In this document: one piece after another, positions 40,598 to 49,009 of the stretch
How the letters are laid out: each line of letters begins with the position of its first letter
Position numbering within the stretch: position 1 is the stretch's first letter
Source of the DNA: Polyangiales bacterium
GTDB taxonomy: Bacteria; Myxococcota_A; Polyangia; Polyangiales; Polyangiaceae
Direction of reading: 5' to 3'
Length of the DNA stretch: 64,000 nucleotides
Assembly: GCA_038231275.1 (NCBI GenBank)
Contig: JBBRLQ010000003.1
Location: 236,340-300,339, forward strand
The notes under the pieces: model-generated
What the model was told of the DNA's origin: nothing
Database searches by the model: none
What the model saw: only the letters and a program-made list of their open reading frames with translations
Made by a program: the position numbers and the translations under genes

Positions 40598-41524
40598 TTA
40601 CTTGCGCCGTGCGCTTCGGCGACGCGCGGAGAAGAGGCCGAGCGCGACGAGGAGCGATGCGCCCGAGACGCCCGCCGTCGACTCCCTCGACGAGATCGCG
40701 CAGCCGTTCTTCTGGCCTCCCGCGCCGAACGAGCCGGGGTCGGCGCCCGACGAGCCGCCGTCGACGTCGCCGTTCGATCCGCCGCCCGACGAGCCCGCCG
40801 AGCCCGACGTGCCTCCGCTGGTTCCGCCGCTCGTGCCTCCGCTGGTTCCGCCGCTCGTGCCTCCGCTCGCGCTCGCGTCGCCGCCGCTGCTGGTGCCGCC
40901 GTCGATGGTGCTGGCGCCGTGCTTGAGCACGAGATCGATGCACTGGTGGTAGATGTCCTCGACGCCGACGCCCGGCGTCGGATCGTAGGGACCGTGGAAC
41001 GCGTCGTCCTCCATGACCTGGATGATCTGGAGCGTGCAATTCGTGCACTCTACATTCGGCAGCGTGACGTCCCACGAGTAGGTCGGCGAGCCGCTCGGCA
41101 TGTGCGGGTTCAGGTTGTCCATGCCCTTCAGCACGGCGGTCGTGTTGTAGAAGTCGGACGTCCCACAATGATCGCCGGGGCCGTCCGGGCACGCGCGGTT
41201 CGGATCGATCGGGAGGATCGACTGCGGCTCCTTGAAACCGTCGTCGCCGTCGTTGTCGAACGCGATGCGGAAGTAGCTCGGGTGCGCGACCGTCTCGACG
41301 AGCTTGATGGTGATCTTCTGACCGGGCTCGTACGTGTACACGTGGGCGCCGCGTACGCCGTTGGTGCGTCCGCAGGGGCCCGCCTTGATGCTCGACGCGG
41401 AGTCCCCGTAGCGCGAAAGATGCGTGCCCGCGGCCTCGAGGCTGATGTGCGCGGCGGCGGGCGCTGCGACGAAGGCGAGGGCGAGCGAGGGGCCGGCGAA
41501 GGCGGCAAGGAAGCGGAACTTCAT
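40598..41524 (-). CDS. Secreted MYXO-CTERM protein with candidate His-brace (LPMO/AA10-like) domain
   Basis: 309 aa from MKFRFLAAFAGPSLALAFVAAPAAA|HISLE (AxA cleavage would expose N-terminal His); motifs IKLVETVAHPSYFRIAF and EDIYHQCIDLVL resemble remembered AA10 (CBP21: WKLTARH…WRYFITK; AFYQAIDVNL); (GGTS)n linker; C-terminal GC…hydrophobic…RRRSARRK = MYXO-CTERM. Confidence 0.75.
   Translation of the reverse strand: MKFRFLAAFAGPSLALAFVAAPAAAHISLEAAGTHLSRYGDSASSIKAGPCGRTNGVRGAHVYTYEPGQKITIKLVETVAHPSYFRIAFDNDGDDGFKEPQSILPIDPNRACPDGPGDHCGTSDFYNTTAVLKGMDNLNPHMPSGSPTYSWDVTLPNVECTNCTLQIIQVMEDDAFHGPYDPTPGVGVEDIYHQCIDLVLKHGASTIDGGTSSGGDASASGGTSGGTSGGTSGGTSGGTSGSAGSSGGGSNGDVDGGSSGADPGSFGAGGQKNGCAISSRESTAGVSGASLLVALGLFSARRRSARRK
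40795..40875. repeat. 24-nt tandem repeat (gtgcctccgctggttccgccgctc)x2.5 coding (GGTS)n
   Basis: seen directly. Confidence 0.75.
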
Positions 41525-41703
41525 GCCCTTCGCGTACCACGGGGGCGGAAGCGCGGCACGCCGCGGCGTCGCGCCTGAGGGGAAACGCGCTTTGCCGTCG
41601 AGGCCGAGCGCATCCGTTGCGCGCGGCATTTTCCGCGCGCGGGGCTCGTCAACGGCGCGCGAAGGTGCGATGACTTGCGGGCATTTCACGAAAGGCTCGC
41701 ACC

Positions 41704-42096
41704 ATGACCATCCGCCACGCCGCCGTCTGGATCGATCACAACGAGGCGCGCGTCTTCGACGTCGCCGACGCCTCGTTCGACGTCGCGCACGTGAACGCGC
41801 CGCACTCGCACGTGCACCGCCACCCCAAGGTGACCCACGATCACGAGCACCCCGCCGACGCGCAGAAGTTCTTCCACGAGGTCGCGCACGCGCTCGCCAC
41901 CGCCGAAGAGATCTTGGTCCTCGGACCGTCGACCGCGAAGCTCGAGCTCATCAAGCACATCCACAAGCACGACCACGCGCTCGAGCCGAAGATTGTCGGC
42001 GTGGAGACGGTCGACCACCCGACGGACGGCCAGATCGCCGCGTACGCGCGGAAGTACTTCCACGCGGCGGATCGCATGAAGGGCACCGTCCGCTAA
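41704..42096 (+). CDS. His-rich small conserved hypothetical protein
   Basis: 130 aa; ~18 His (HxHxH runs: HSHVHRH, HDHEH, HIHKHDH); strong GC3; GAAAGG upstream. Confidence 0.7.
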   Translation: MTIRHAAVWIDHNEARVFDVADASFDVAHVNAPHSHVHRHPKVTHDHEHPADAQKFFHEVAHALATAEEILVLGPSTAKLELIKHIHKHDHALEPKIVGVETVDHPTDGQIAAYARKYFHAADRMKGTVR

Positions 42097-42153
42097 TCCC
42101 GCGCGCGGGCCCGTTCGCCCCAAAAGGCGCCGGATTCGTGCGACACTCGCGGC

Positions 42154-43116
42154 GTGCATTTCGAGATCCACGCGGATTGCTCGGCGTGCCGCGTGGAGGG
42201 GGCCGTCACCGAGACGTGGGACACCGACGGCGCATGCGGTCGCCTCGGCGTCCCGCTGTCCGCGCGGTGCCGCATGTGCGGCGCGGCGAGCGAGGGGCGT
42301 GCGAGCGCGGACGCGATGTTCCCGTCGGGGTGTCCGGCGTGCGGCGCGGATCTCGACGACGCGTGCCGAGACGCGCACCGCTGTCCGATGTGCGGCGCCG
42401 GTGCCCAGCTCCACGCCGCTTCGGCAGGACGCGCCTTCGCGTCGCGCGCCGAGCTCGAGGCCGCGCTCGACGCGTGGGCGCGCGACGAGGGGCTGTCGTC
42501 GTCGCGTGAGCTCATCGAGTCAGCGTTCGTTCTCGGGACTGTCGAGGCCGTGCACGCGGCCCTCGAACGGGGCGAAAGAGTCGAGACCACCTTCGACGTC
42601 GCCGATCTCCTGTTCGGCTCGGGCCAGTCGGGCGGCGGAGGCGAGACGATCGCGATCGATCGCGAAGAGAAGCCGCCCAATACGCAGCGCATGCGCCCGC
42701 CTCCATCGATCCGTCGCTATGGAGGAGCGTACGACGAGCTCCTCGCCCTCGCGTCGGTCGCCGCCGCCGACGGCGAAGCCAACGCGCAAGATCTCGGCGC
42801 CCTCGAGCGCGCCGCGCAGACCCGCGGCCTCCAGCCGTTGCCGCTGTCGGAGGTGCGCGTGCGCCGTCCCGGCGAGATCGATCCGCCGCCCACCCTCGTC
42901 GATCGCGAACGCCTCCTCGAGGAGATGTTCCAGATGGCGTGGGCCGACGGCGAGATGGACCCGAGCGAGCTCAAGGTCATCCGCGAGTTCTCGCGCGTGT
43001 GGGGCATCGACCCCGAACGCCTCGAGGAGTGGACCAAGATGTACACGTTCGCGGACACCGGCCGCATCGAGCGGTGGTTCCGTCGCGTCGGTCAGATGAT
43101 TTTCCCGGAGAGATGA
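42154..43116 (+). CDS. TerB-like domain protein with N-terminal Cys-cluster (zinc-ribbon) region
   Basis: 320 aa from GTG; 4 CxxC pairs in N-terminal 90 aa; C-terminal TerB/DjlA-N-like helical domain (…LLEEMFQMAWADGEMDPSELKVIREFSRVWGIDPERL…). Confidence 0.7.
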   Translation: MHFEIHADCSACRVEGAVTETWDTDGACGRLGVPLSARCRMCGAASEGRASADAMFPSGCPACGADLDDACRDAHRCPMCGAGAQLHAASAGRAFASRAELEAALDAWARDEGLSSSRELIESAFVLGTVEAVHAALERGERVETTFDVADLLFGSGQSGGGGETIAIDREEKPPNTQRMRPPPSIRRYGGAYDELLALASVAAADGEANAQDLGALERAAQTRGLQPLPLSEVRVRRPGEIDPPPTLVDRERLLEEMFQMAWADGEMDPSELKVIREFSRVWGIDPERLEEWTKMYTFADTGRIERWFRRVGQMIFPER

Positions 43117-44099
43117 GCATGAACGTTCCCGTCGACGCCCCCGCACCGCAGGCGCAGCAAGGACAGAAGGAACGCATCGCCAAGGTGGGCGTGCAGTTTC
43201 GCGCGGTCATGCAGAACGTCGAGCGCGTCATTCTCGGCAAGAGCGACGTCATCGCGCGCGTCCTCGCGGCCATGTGCGCCGGCGGCCACGTGCTCCTCCT
43301 CGACGTGCCTGGCGTCGGCAAGACGATGCTCGCGCGCTCGATCGCCGCGTCGATCCACTGTTCGTTCAAGCGCATCCAGTTCACGCCCGATCTGCTCCCG
43401 CTCGACATCACCGGCACCAACGTCTTCAACCTCCGCAAGAAGGCGTTCGAGTTCGTGCCAGGCCCCGTCTTCGCGAACCTGCTCCTCGCCGACGAGATCA
43501 ACCGCGCGACACCGAAGACGCAGGCCGCGCTGCTCGAGGTCATGGCCGAGGCGCAGGTCACCGTCGACGGCACGACGCACATGATGCCGCCGCCGTTCCT
43601 CGTCATCGCGACGATGAACCCGCTCGAGCATGACGGCACCTTCCCGCTCCCCGCCGCGCAGCTCGATCGGTTCAGCGTGCGCGTCACGATGGGCTTCCCG
43701 CCGCCGGACGCCGAGGTGCGCATGCTCGACGTGCACCTGGGGAAGGACGTCGCGATCTCGGCGCTCCAGCCGGTGCTCGGCGCCGAGGAGTTCCTCTCGT
43801 GGCAGCGCCTTTTGCCGACGATTTACGTCGCGGAGGCCGTGAAACGCTACTCGGTCAACGTGATGAGCGCGATGCGCACGGACTCCGGGTGCCTCACGCC
43901 GCCGAGCCCGCGCGCGACGCTGATGTGGCTGCGCATGGGGATGGCGATGGCGATGCTGCAGGGCCGCGATCACGTCCTCCCCGGCGATTTGCAGCAGTCC
44001 GCGGTGGACGTGCTCGCGCACCGCATCGTCGTCTCGGGCCAGCGCAGCGCGTCGGCGTACGTCGACCACGTCGTCCGCAGCGTCCCCGTGGATCGGTGA
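43113..44099 (+). CDS. MoxR-family AAA+ ATPase
   Basis: 328 aa; ATGA overlap; Walker A GVPGVGKT, Walker B LLADEINRA, …LVIATMNPLE…, …LDRF…. Confidence 0.9.
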   Translation: MSMNVPVDAPAPQAQQGQKERIAKVGVQFRAVMQNVERVILGKSDVIARVLAAMCAGGHVLLLDVPGVGKTMLARSIAASIHCSFKRIQFTPDLLPLDITGTNVFNLRKKAFEFVPGPVFANLLLADEINRATPKTQAALLEVMAEAQVTVDGTTHMMPPPFLVIATMNPLEHDGTFPLPAAQLDRFSVRVTMGFPPPDAEVRMLDVHLGKDVAISALQPVLGAEEFLSWQRLLPTIYVAEAVKRYSVNVMSAMRTDSGCLTPPSPRATLMWLRMGMAMAMLQGRDHVLPGDLQQSAVDVLAHRIVVSGQRSASAYVDHVVRSVPVDR

Positions 44100-44103
44100 T
44101 CGG

Positions 44104-46233
44104 ATGATGAGCGCGCGGCCGCTCCGCCACCAGCCGACCTCCGCGACGAGCAAAGAGACCGTCGCGATCCTGTGGTTTTTCCTCGGATGGACCGGCGCGC
44201 ACCGGATGATCCTCGGCAACGTCGCGGTCGGCGTCGCGTACGGCGCGCTCACCTTCTTGACGTGCGGCTTCGGCGGCATCGTCGGCTGGCTCGACGGCTT
44301 CCTCCTCCTCTTGCGATCGCCGAAGGACCAGTACGGACTGCCGGTGGTGTGGTCGTGGCGCAAGGGGAAACTCTTCATCGATCCGCTCGAGGAAGGCACC
44401 TACGAGCCGGCCGAGTCGCGCGCGCGCATCCTCATGCACTTCGGGCTCCTCTTCTTGATGCCCTACCTCGTGGTGAGCGGCGGCCTCACGCTCTTCGAGA
44501 CGAGCGAGATCAAGAACACGCTCCCGAAGTTCGCGTTCTTCTCGGGCCTCCTCCTCGTGCCGCTCTTCCTCGTGCAGCTCATCGGAACGATCCGCAAGGC
44601 GCGCATGCAGATCGACATGCTCCGTAAGGCGGGCGCGCTCACCAAGCGCACGCGCCTCGACGCGATCGCGCGGGCGGCGTCGATCGTCACGCCGCGCGGC
44701 GGGCTCGTGCTCGTCACCGGACTGGCGTTCTTGGTGCTTTCCTTGGCGTACAAATGGGCGGAGCTCGGCGTCATCGCGGTGCTCGCGCTGAGCGCGTTCT
44801 ACCTCGTGACGTCGACGGCGGCGCTCCTCAGCTCGTTCGTGGTCAAGCGCTTCTCGAACAACCTCCTCGAGCGCGGCGCGGTCGTCCATCGGCGCTTCGA
44901 GCCGGGCGTCACGCGCTCGGGCGCCGCCGCCGAGGATCGGCTGGATTTGCGCGGCGTCCCCGTGCCGCCCGGATTTTTCCTGACGCTCCACGGCATCCTC
45001 CCGCCGCGATTGTCGACCGAGGTGCGTCACGTCGTTCCGCCGAAGGCGCGTGACGAGCGCCTCTCCCTCGTCCAGCAACTGAGGCGCACGCCGCGCGGAA
45101 CGTACGAGGCGCCCGCGCTGCGCGTGGCGTTCACGGATCTCCTCGGCCTCACGAGCGCGCCGGTCGCGTCGCTCGCCACGGCGCGCCTCCGCGTTCTGCC
45201 GTCGATGCGCCCGGCCGAAGTCGTCCCGCCGCCGCCGTCGTCGACCGAAGAGCCGGACATCCTGTCGCGTCCTCACCGCTTCCCGACGGAAGATCTCTTT
45301 CGCTTTCGCGAGTACGTCTCTGGCGACGACACGCGACGCATCCATTGGGGCCTGTCGATGCGCGCGCGCAAGATGATCGTGAAGCAGCCGGACAGCCGCG
45401 AGACGTCGGCGCGTCGCGTGGTCGTCGCGCTCGACACGTGGGTGCCTCCCGATTGGCTCGATCACACCGCCGTCATCGACGACGCGCTCGACTCGCTCGT
45501 CGAGGCGTGGCTCGCGATCGGGCAACGCCTCGTGGAGCAAGGCGAGAAAGTGACGCTGCTCTTGGTCGCGCGCGGCGACGACGGCCTCATTCGTCACGAG
45601 CTCGTCTCGTGCAGCACCGCCAACCACGCGCACTGGCTCGACGCTGGCGCGCGCGCGGAGTGGCAAGCGACACTGCCGATCGAGAACGTCCTCGACTACG
45701 GCGTGCAACAGGGAAATTCCGGCGGAAAGGAAGAGACCGCCTTCGACAACGCGATCGTCGTCACGATGCGCCTGGCGCCGCCGCAGATGCCGCGCGTGGC
45801 GCGCGAGACGACCTGGATCTGGTACGACCCCGACGACGCGCTCGGCGCGCCGCCACGCACCGCGTTCCAGACCTGGCTCGACGACGACGACACCGGTCGC
45901 AAGCCCACTGCGGGTGAGCTGTGGAAGCGCATGTTCTTTCTTCCGTACGCCGTCGGCGCCGAAGAGAACGGGCTCCTCGCGCGCATGAGCCGCCTCGAGC
46001 GTCGCCTCGAAGATCGCGCGCACCGCATCGCGCTGCGGCGCATGGCCGTCATGAGCGGACGGCGCGCGCTGCAAGGCCTCCTCGCGCTGCCCGACGCGGT
46101 CTACAAGCTCGAGGTCGTCGAGGGGCGTCACCGCATGGTCGGCATGAAGGGCTCGAGCCGCGCCGCGCGAACGGTCGATCGGCACCAAGGGCAGCGCGCC
46201 GCGCCGGCCGGACGCGCGGGGGCGTGGCCGTGA
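44104..46233 (+). CDS. TM2-domain::DUF58 fusion protein
   Basis: 709 aa; N-terminal TM2 signature (…FLGWTGAHRMILGNVAVGVAYGALTFLTCGFGGIVGWLDGF…), further TMs, DUF58 core (…FREYVSGDDTRRIHWGLSMRARKMIVKQ…). Confidence 0.85.
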   Translation: MMSARPLRHQPTSATSKETVAILWFFLGWTGAHRMILGNVAVGVAYGALTFLTCGFGGIVGWLDGFLLLLRSPKDQYGLPVVWSWRKGKLFIDPLEEGTYEPAESRARILMHFGLLFLMPYLVVSGGLTLFETSEIKNTLPKFAFFSGLLLVPLFLVQLIGTIRKARMQIDMLRKAGALTKRTRLDAIARAASIVTPRGGLVLVTGLAFLVLSLAYKWAELGVIAVLALSAFYLVTSTAALLSSFVVKRFSNNLLERGAVVHRRFEPGVTRSGAAAEDRLDLRGVPVPPGFFLTLHGILPPRLSTEVRHVVPPKARDERLSLVQQLRRTPRGTYEAPALRVAFTDLLGLTSAPVASLATARLRVLPSMRPAEVVPPPPSSTEEPDILSRPHRFPTEDLFRFREYVSGDDTRRIHWGLSMRARKMIVKQPDSRETSARRVVVALDTWVPPDWLDHTAVIDDALDSLVEAWLAIGQRLVEQGEKVTLLLVARGDDGLIRHELVSCSTANHAHWLDAGARAEWQATLPIENVLDYGVQQGNSGGKEETAFDNAIVVTMRLAPPQMPRVARETTWIWYDPDDALGAPPRTAFQTWLDDDDTGRKPTAGELWKRMFFLPYAVGAEENGLLARMSRLERRLEDRAHRIALRRMAVMSGRRALQGLLALPDAVYKLEVVEGRHRMVGMKGSSRAARTVDRHQGQRAAPAGRAGAWP

Positions 46234-47876
46234 GCGTCAAGGGGACGCTGCGCCGTACCTGGCCGGTGCTGCTCGCGTACGCCGTCTTCTCGGCGTGGGG
46301 CCTCGTGTGCCTCGTCGTCAGCATTTTCCTCTCGAGCGGAGGAGGGGGAGGAGCCGACATCGCGGCGCTCATCGGCATCATCGTCGCCACCGCGGTCGGT
46401 CACGTCGGCGGCAACGTCCTCGGCCTCGCGCGCCTTCGCCTCGCGGTGGTCTTCGTCGCGTTCCTTCTCCTCTTCATCGGCGGCACGATGCTCGCGGCGA
46501 CGCTGGGGCCCATCGGCGTGTACGCCCTCGTCGCGATGATCGCGGCGCTCAGCGGCTACCTCGGCGTCGCGAGCCGCCTCGACGTCGTCGCCGCGTGGTT
46601 CCCGCTCTCGCTCTCGGTCGGCGCCGCCATTCTCTGGATGAACCGCCACGGCGCCGTGTCCACGTTCGAAGGCGGAAACAAGCACGCGATCTGGGATCCG
46701 TTCACGCTCGTCTGCCTCACCGGCACCGTCTTCTTGATGCTCGTCTTCCTGGCGACACGAAACTCGCTCGGCCTCACCGCGTGGCAGGAGTTCGGTCGGC
46801 GCGGCGGACGGCTCGGCGCGGCGCCCGAAGAGGCGGAGCAAGTCACCGTCGCCCGCCCTGGTCGCGGCAGCCTCCTCGTCCTGTTCGCGTTCACGCTCGT
46901 CGTCCTCGGCGCGACGGCCGCGGTCTCGCCGTACCTGTTTCGCACGTCGCAAGATCCGGACGCGAAGGATGGCTCGTCGAAAGACGGCGAGGGAGAGCAC
47001 AAGGGCGACGGCAAGGACGGAAAAGAAGGGAAAGACGGCAAGGAAGCGAAGGACGGCAAAGACGGGAACGGGAAGGGCAAAGGGAAGGGAAAGGGCAAGA
47101 GCGGGCAGGGCAAGGGGAAGGGCACCCGCAAGGGGCGCGGACACGGGGGCGGCCATGGGAGCAGCGGTGGCGGCGGTAGTGGTGGCGGCGGTGGCGGTGG
47201 CGGTGGCGGCGGTCACGGGGGCGGCAGCGGTCACGGCGGCCATGGCAGCGGTCACGGCAGCGGCGACGGAAACGGTGACGGGACCGGCGACGGAAAAGGC
47301 GACGGAAAGGGCGACGGAAAGGGCGACGGCAGCGGCGACGAAGGGGACGAGAGCCAAGCCTCGAACGAGCCGGACACCGAGCACGCGAGCGAGGCCGCCG
47401 GTGAAGCGCTCCGGCTCGGCGCCAAGATCCTGATGTGGTTGCTTGCGGCGGCCTTCGTGCTCCTCCTCTTCCTCTTGATCGTGTTTCCGCCGATTCGCCG
47501 CGCCATTTTGCTACGTCACCTCGAACGCCCCATGTGGCCCGTTCCGCCCACCGCGCGCGTCATGAACCTCTGGCGTCGCGCGCGCGCGCTCCTCGCCGAT
47601 GTGGGCATCGAGCCCGAGCTCGGCGAGACGCCCGGCGATTTCGCGAAGCGCGCGACCGGAGAGGTGCAAGAGAAGCTCGGCTGCGACGCGCCAGGCCTGG
47701 CCGAGGCGGCGGCGATCCTCGAAAAAATCGAGTACGCGGGGCGCGGTCTCGGCGCGGAGGACGCGCAGGCCATGCGCACCGCGGTCACCGCGTTCGTCGC
47801 GGAGGTGGCGCCGCACGTCGCGACGGGCAAGAAGGTGAAGAGCTGGTGGGGCAAGCCGCCGGAGGTCGAGGGGTGA
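46230..47876 (+). CDS. Membrane protein with Gly/Lys/Asp/His-rich low-complexity insert and DUF4129-like C-terminal domain
   Basis: 548 aa from GTG overlapping upstream stop (GTGA); TM helices, ~130-aa low-complexity region, C-terminal TM then DUF4129-like tail. Confidence 0.75.
   Translation: MSVKGTLRRTWPVLLAYAVFSAWGLVCLVVSIFLSSGGGGGADIAALIGIIVATAVGHVGGNVLGLARLRLAVVFVAFLLLFIGGTMLAATLGPIGVYALVAMIAALSGYLGVASRLDVVAAWFPLSLSVGAAILWMNRHGAVSTFEGGNKHAIWDPFTLVCLTGTVFLMLVFLATRNSLGLTAWQEFGRRGGRLGAAPEEAEQVTVARPGRGSLLVLFAFTLVVLGATAAVSPYLFRTSQDPDAKDGSSKDGEGEHKGDGKDGKEGKDGKEAKDGKDGNGKGKGKGKGKSGQGKGKGTRKGRGHGGGHGSSGGGGSGGGGGGGGGGGHGGGSGHGGHGSGHGSGDGNGDGTGDGKGDGKGDGKGDGSGDEGDESQASNEPDTEHASEAAGEALRLGAKILMWLLAAAFVLLLFLLIVFPPIRRAILLRHLERPMWPVPPTARVMNLWRRARALLADVGIEPELGETPGDFAKRATGEVQEKLGCDAPGLAEAAAILEKIEYAGRGLGAEDAQAMRTAVTAFVAEVAPHVATGKKVKSWWGKPPEVEG
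46975..47345. repeat. Composite low-complexity coding repeats: imperfect (GGCAAG)n, poly-GGY (Gly) run, (GGCGACGGAAAG)x4
   Basis: ggcgacggaaaaggcgacggaaagggcgacggaaagggcgacggc and ggtggcggcggtagtggtggcggcggtggcggtggcggtggc seen directly. Confidence 0.8.
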
Positions 47877-49009
47877 GCGCCGCCGGCCTCGTTCTCACGC
47901 TCAACGCCGGATCGTCGAGCCTGAAGGCCGCGCTGTACGACGGCGCGGATCCGCCTTCGGTGCTCATGAGGGACAGCGTCGAACGCATCGGCGCCGGCGG
48001 TCCGAGCGACCACGACGCCGCGGCGTCCAGCGTCCTCGCGAAGCTCGCGCCGTTCGGTGGCCTCGACGCGGTGACGGCGGTCGGGCACCGCGTCGTCCAC
48101 GGCGGCGCGCGCTACGAAGGGCCCGCGCGGGTCGACGACGCGCTGCTCGCCGAGCTTCGTCGCCTCGCGCCGCTCGATCCGCAGCACCTACCCGCGGAGA
48201 TCGCTCTCATCGAAGCGCTCGTGCAGCGCGCCCCGACGACGCCGCAGGTCGCGTGCTTCGACACCGCGTTTCATCGGACGATGCCGCGCGTCTCGCGCCT
48301 CGTCGCGCTCCCGCATCGGTACGGCGACGCGGGCGTCGAGCGCTTCGGCTTTCACGGTCTGTCGTGCACGTTCGTCCTGCGCGAGCTCCGTCGCGTGGCC
48401 GGCGAGCACGCCGCGAGTGGACGCGTCGTCGTGGCCCACCTCGGCTCGGGCGCCAGCCTCACCGGGGTTCGCGACGGGCGATCGATCGACACGACGATGG
48501 GCTTTACCCCCACCGGCGGGATCCCGATGGGCACGCGTTCGGGCGATCTCGATCCGGGCGTCCTCGTTCACCTCGCGCGGACCGAAGGCCTCGACGCTGC
48601 CGCCCTCGACGATCTCGTGAACCGGCGCTCGGGCCTCGCTGGCGTCTCTGGTGGAAGCGGCGACATGCGCGATCTTCTCGCGCGTGAGGCGCAAGATCCG
48701 CGCGCAGCCGACGCGGTCGCGCTCTTCTGTCACGCCGCGAAGAAGGCCATCGGCGCGCTCGCAGCTGTTTTAGGCGGGGTAGACACGCTCGTCTTCACCG
48801 CCGGCATCGGAGAGCGCTCCTCCGTGGTGCGCGCACGCATCGTGCAGGGATTGGAGCACCTGGGAATGCTGCTCGACCAAGATCTCAACGATCGTCACGC
48901 GCCTGTCATCTCGACACCACCAAGCGCGTGCACCGTTCACGTGATGAAGACCGACGAAGAGCTCGTCATTGCGCTCCAGACACGCCGACTCCTCGAAGGG
49001 ACTCCATGA
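47873..49009 (+). CDS. ackA: Acetate kinase
   Basis: 378 aa from GTG (GTGA overlap); …[12 protein letters not shown]…, …HRVVHGG…, …GFHGLS…, …VAHLGSGAS…, …GIGE…. Confidence 0.9.
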   Translation: MSAAGLVLTLNAGSSSLKAALYDGADPPSVLMRDSVERIGAGGPSDHDAAASSVLAKLAPFGGLDAVTAVGHRVVHGGARYEGPARVDDALLAELRRLAPLDPQHLPAEIALIEALVQRAPTTPQVACFDTAFHRTMPRVSRLVALPHRYGDAGVERFGFHGLSCTFVLRELRRVAGEHAASGRVVVAHLGSGASLTGVRDGRSIDTTMGFTPTGGIPMGTRSGDLDPGVLVHLARTEGLDAAALDDLVNRRSGLAGVSGGSGDMRDLLAREAQDPRAADAVALFCHAAKKAIGALAAVLGGVDTLVFTAGIGERSSVVRARIVQGLEHLGMLLDQDLNDRHAPVISTPPSACTVHVMKTDEELVIALQTRRLLEGTP

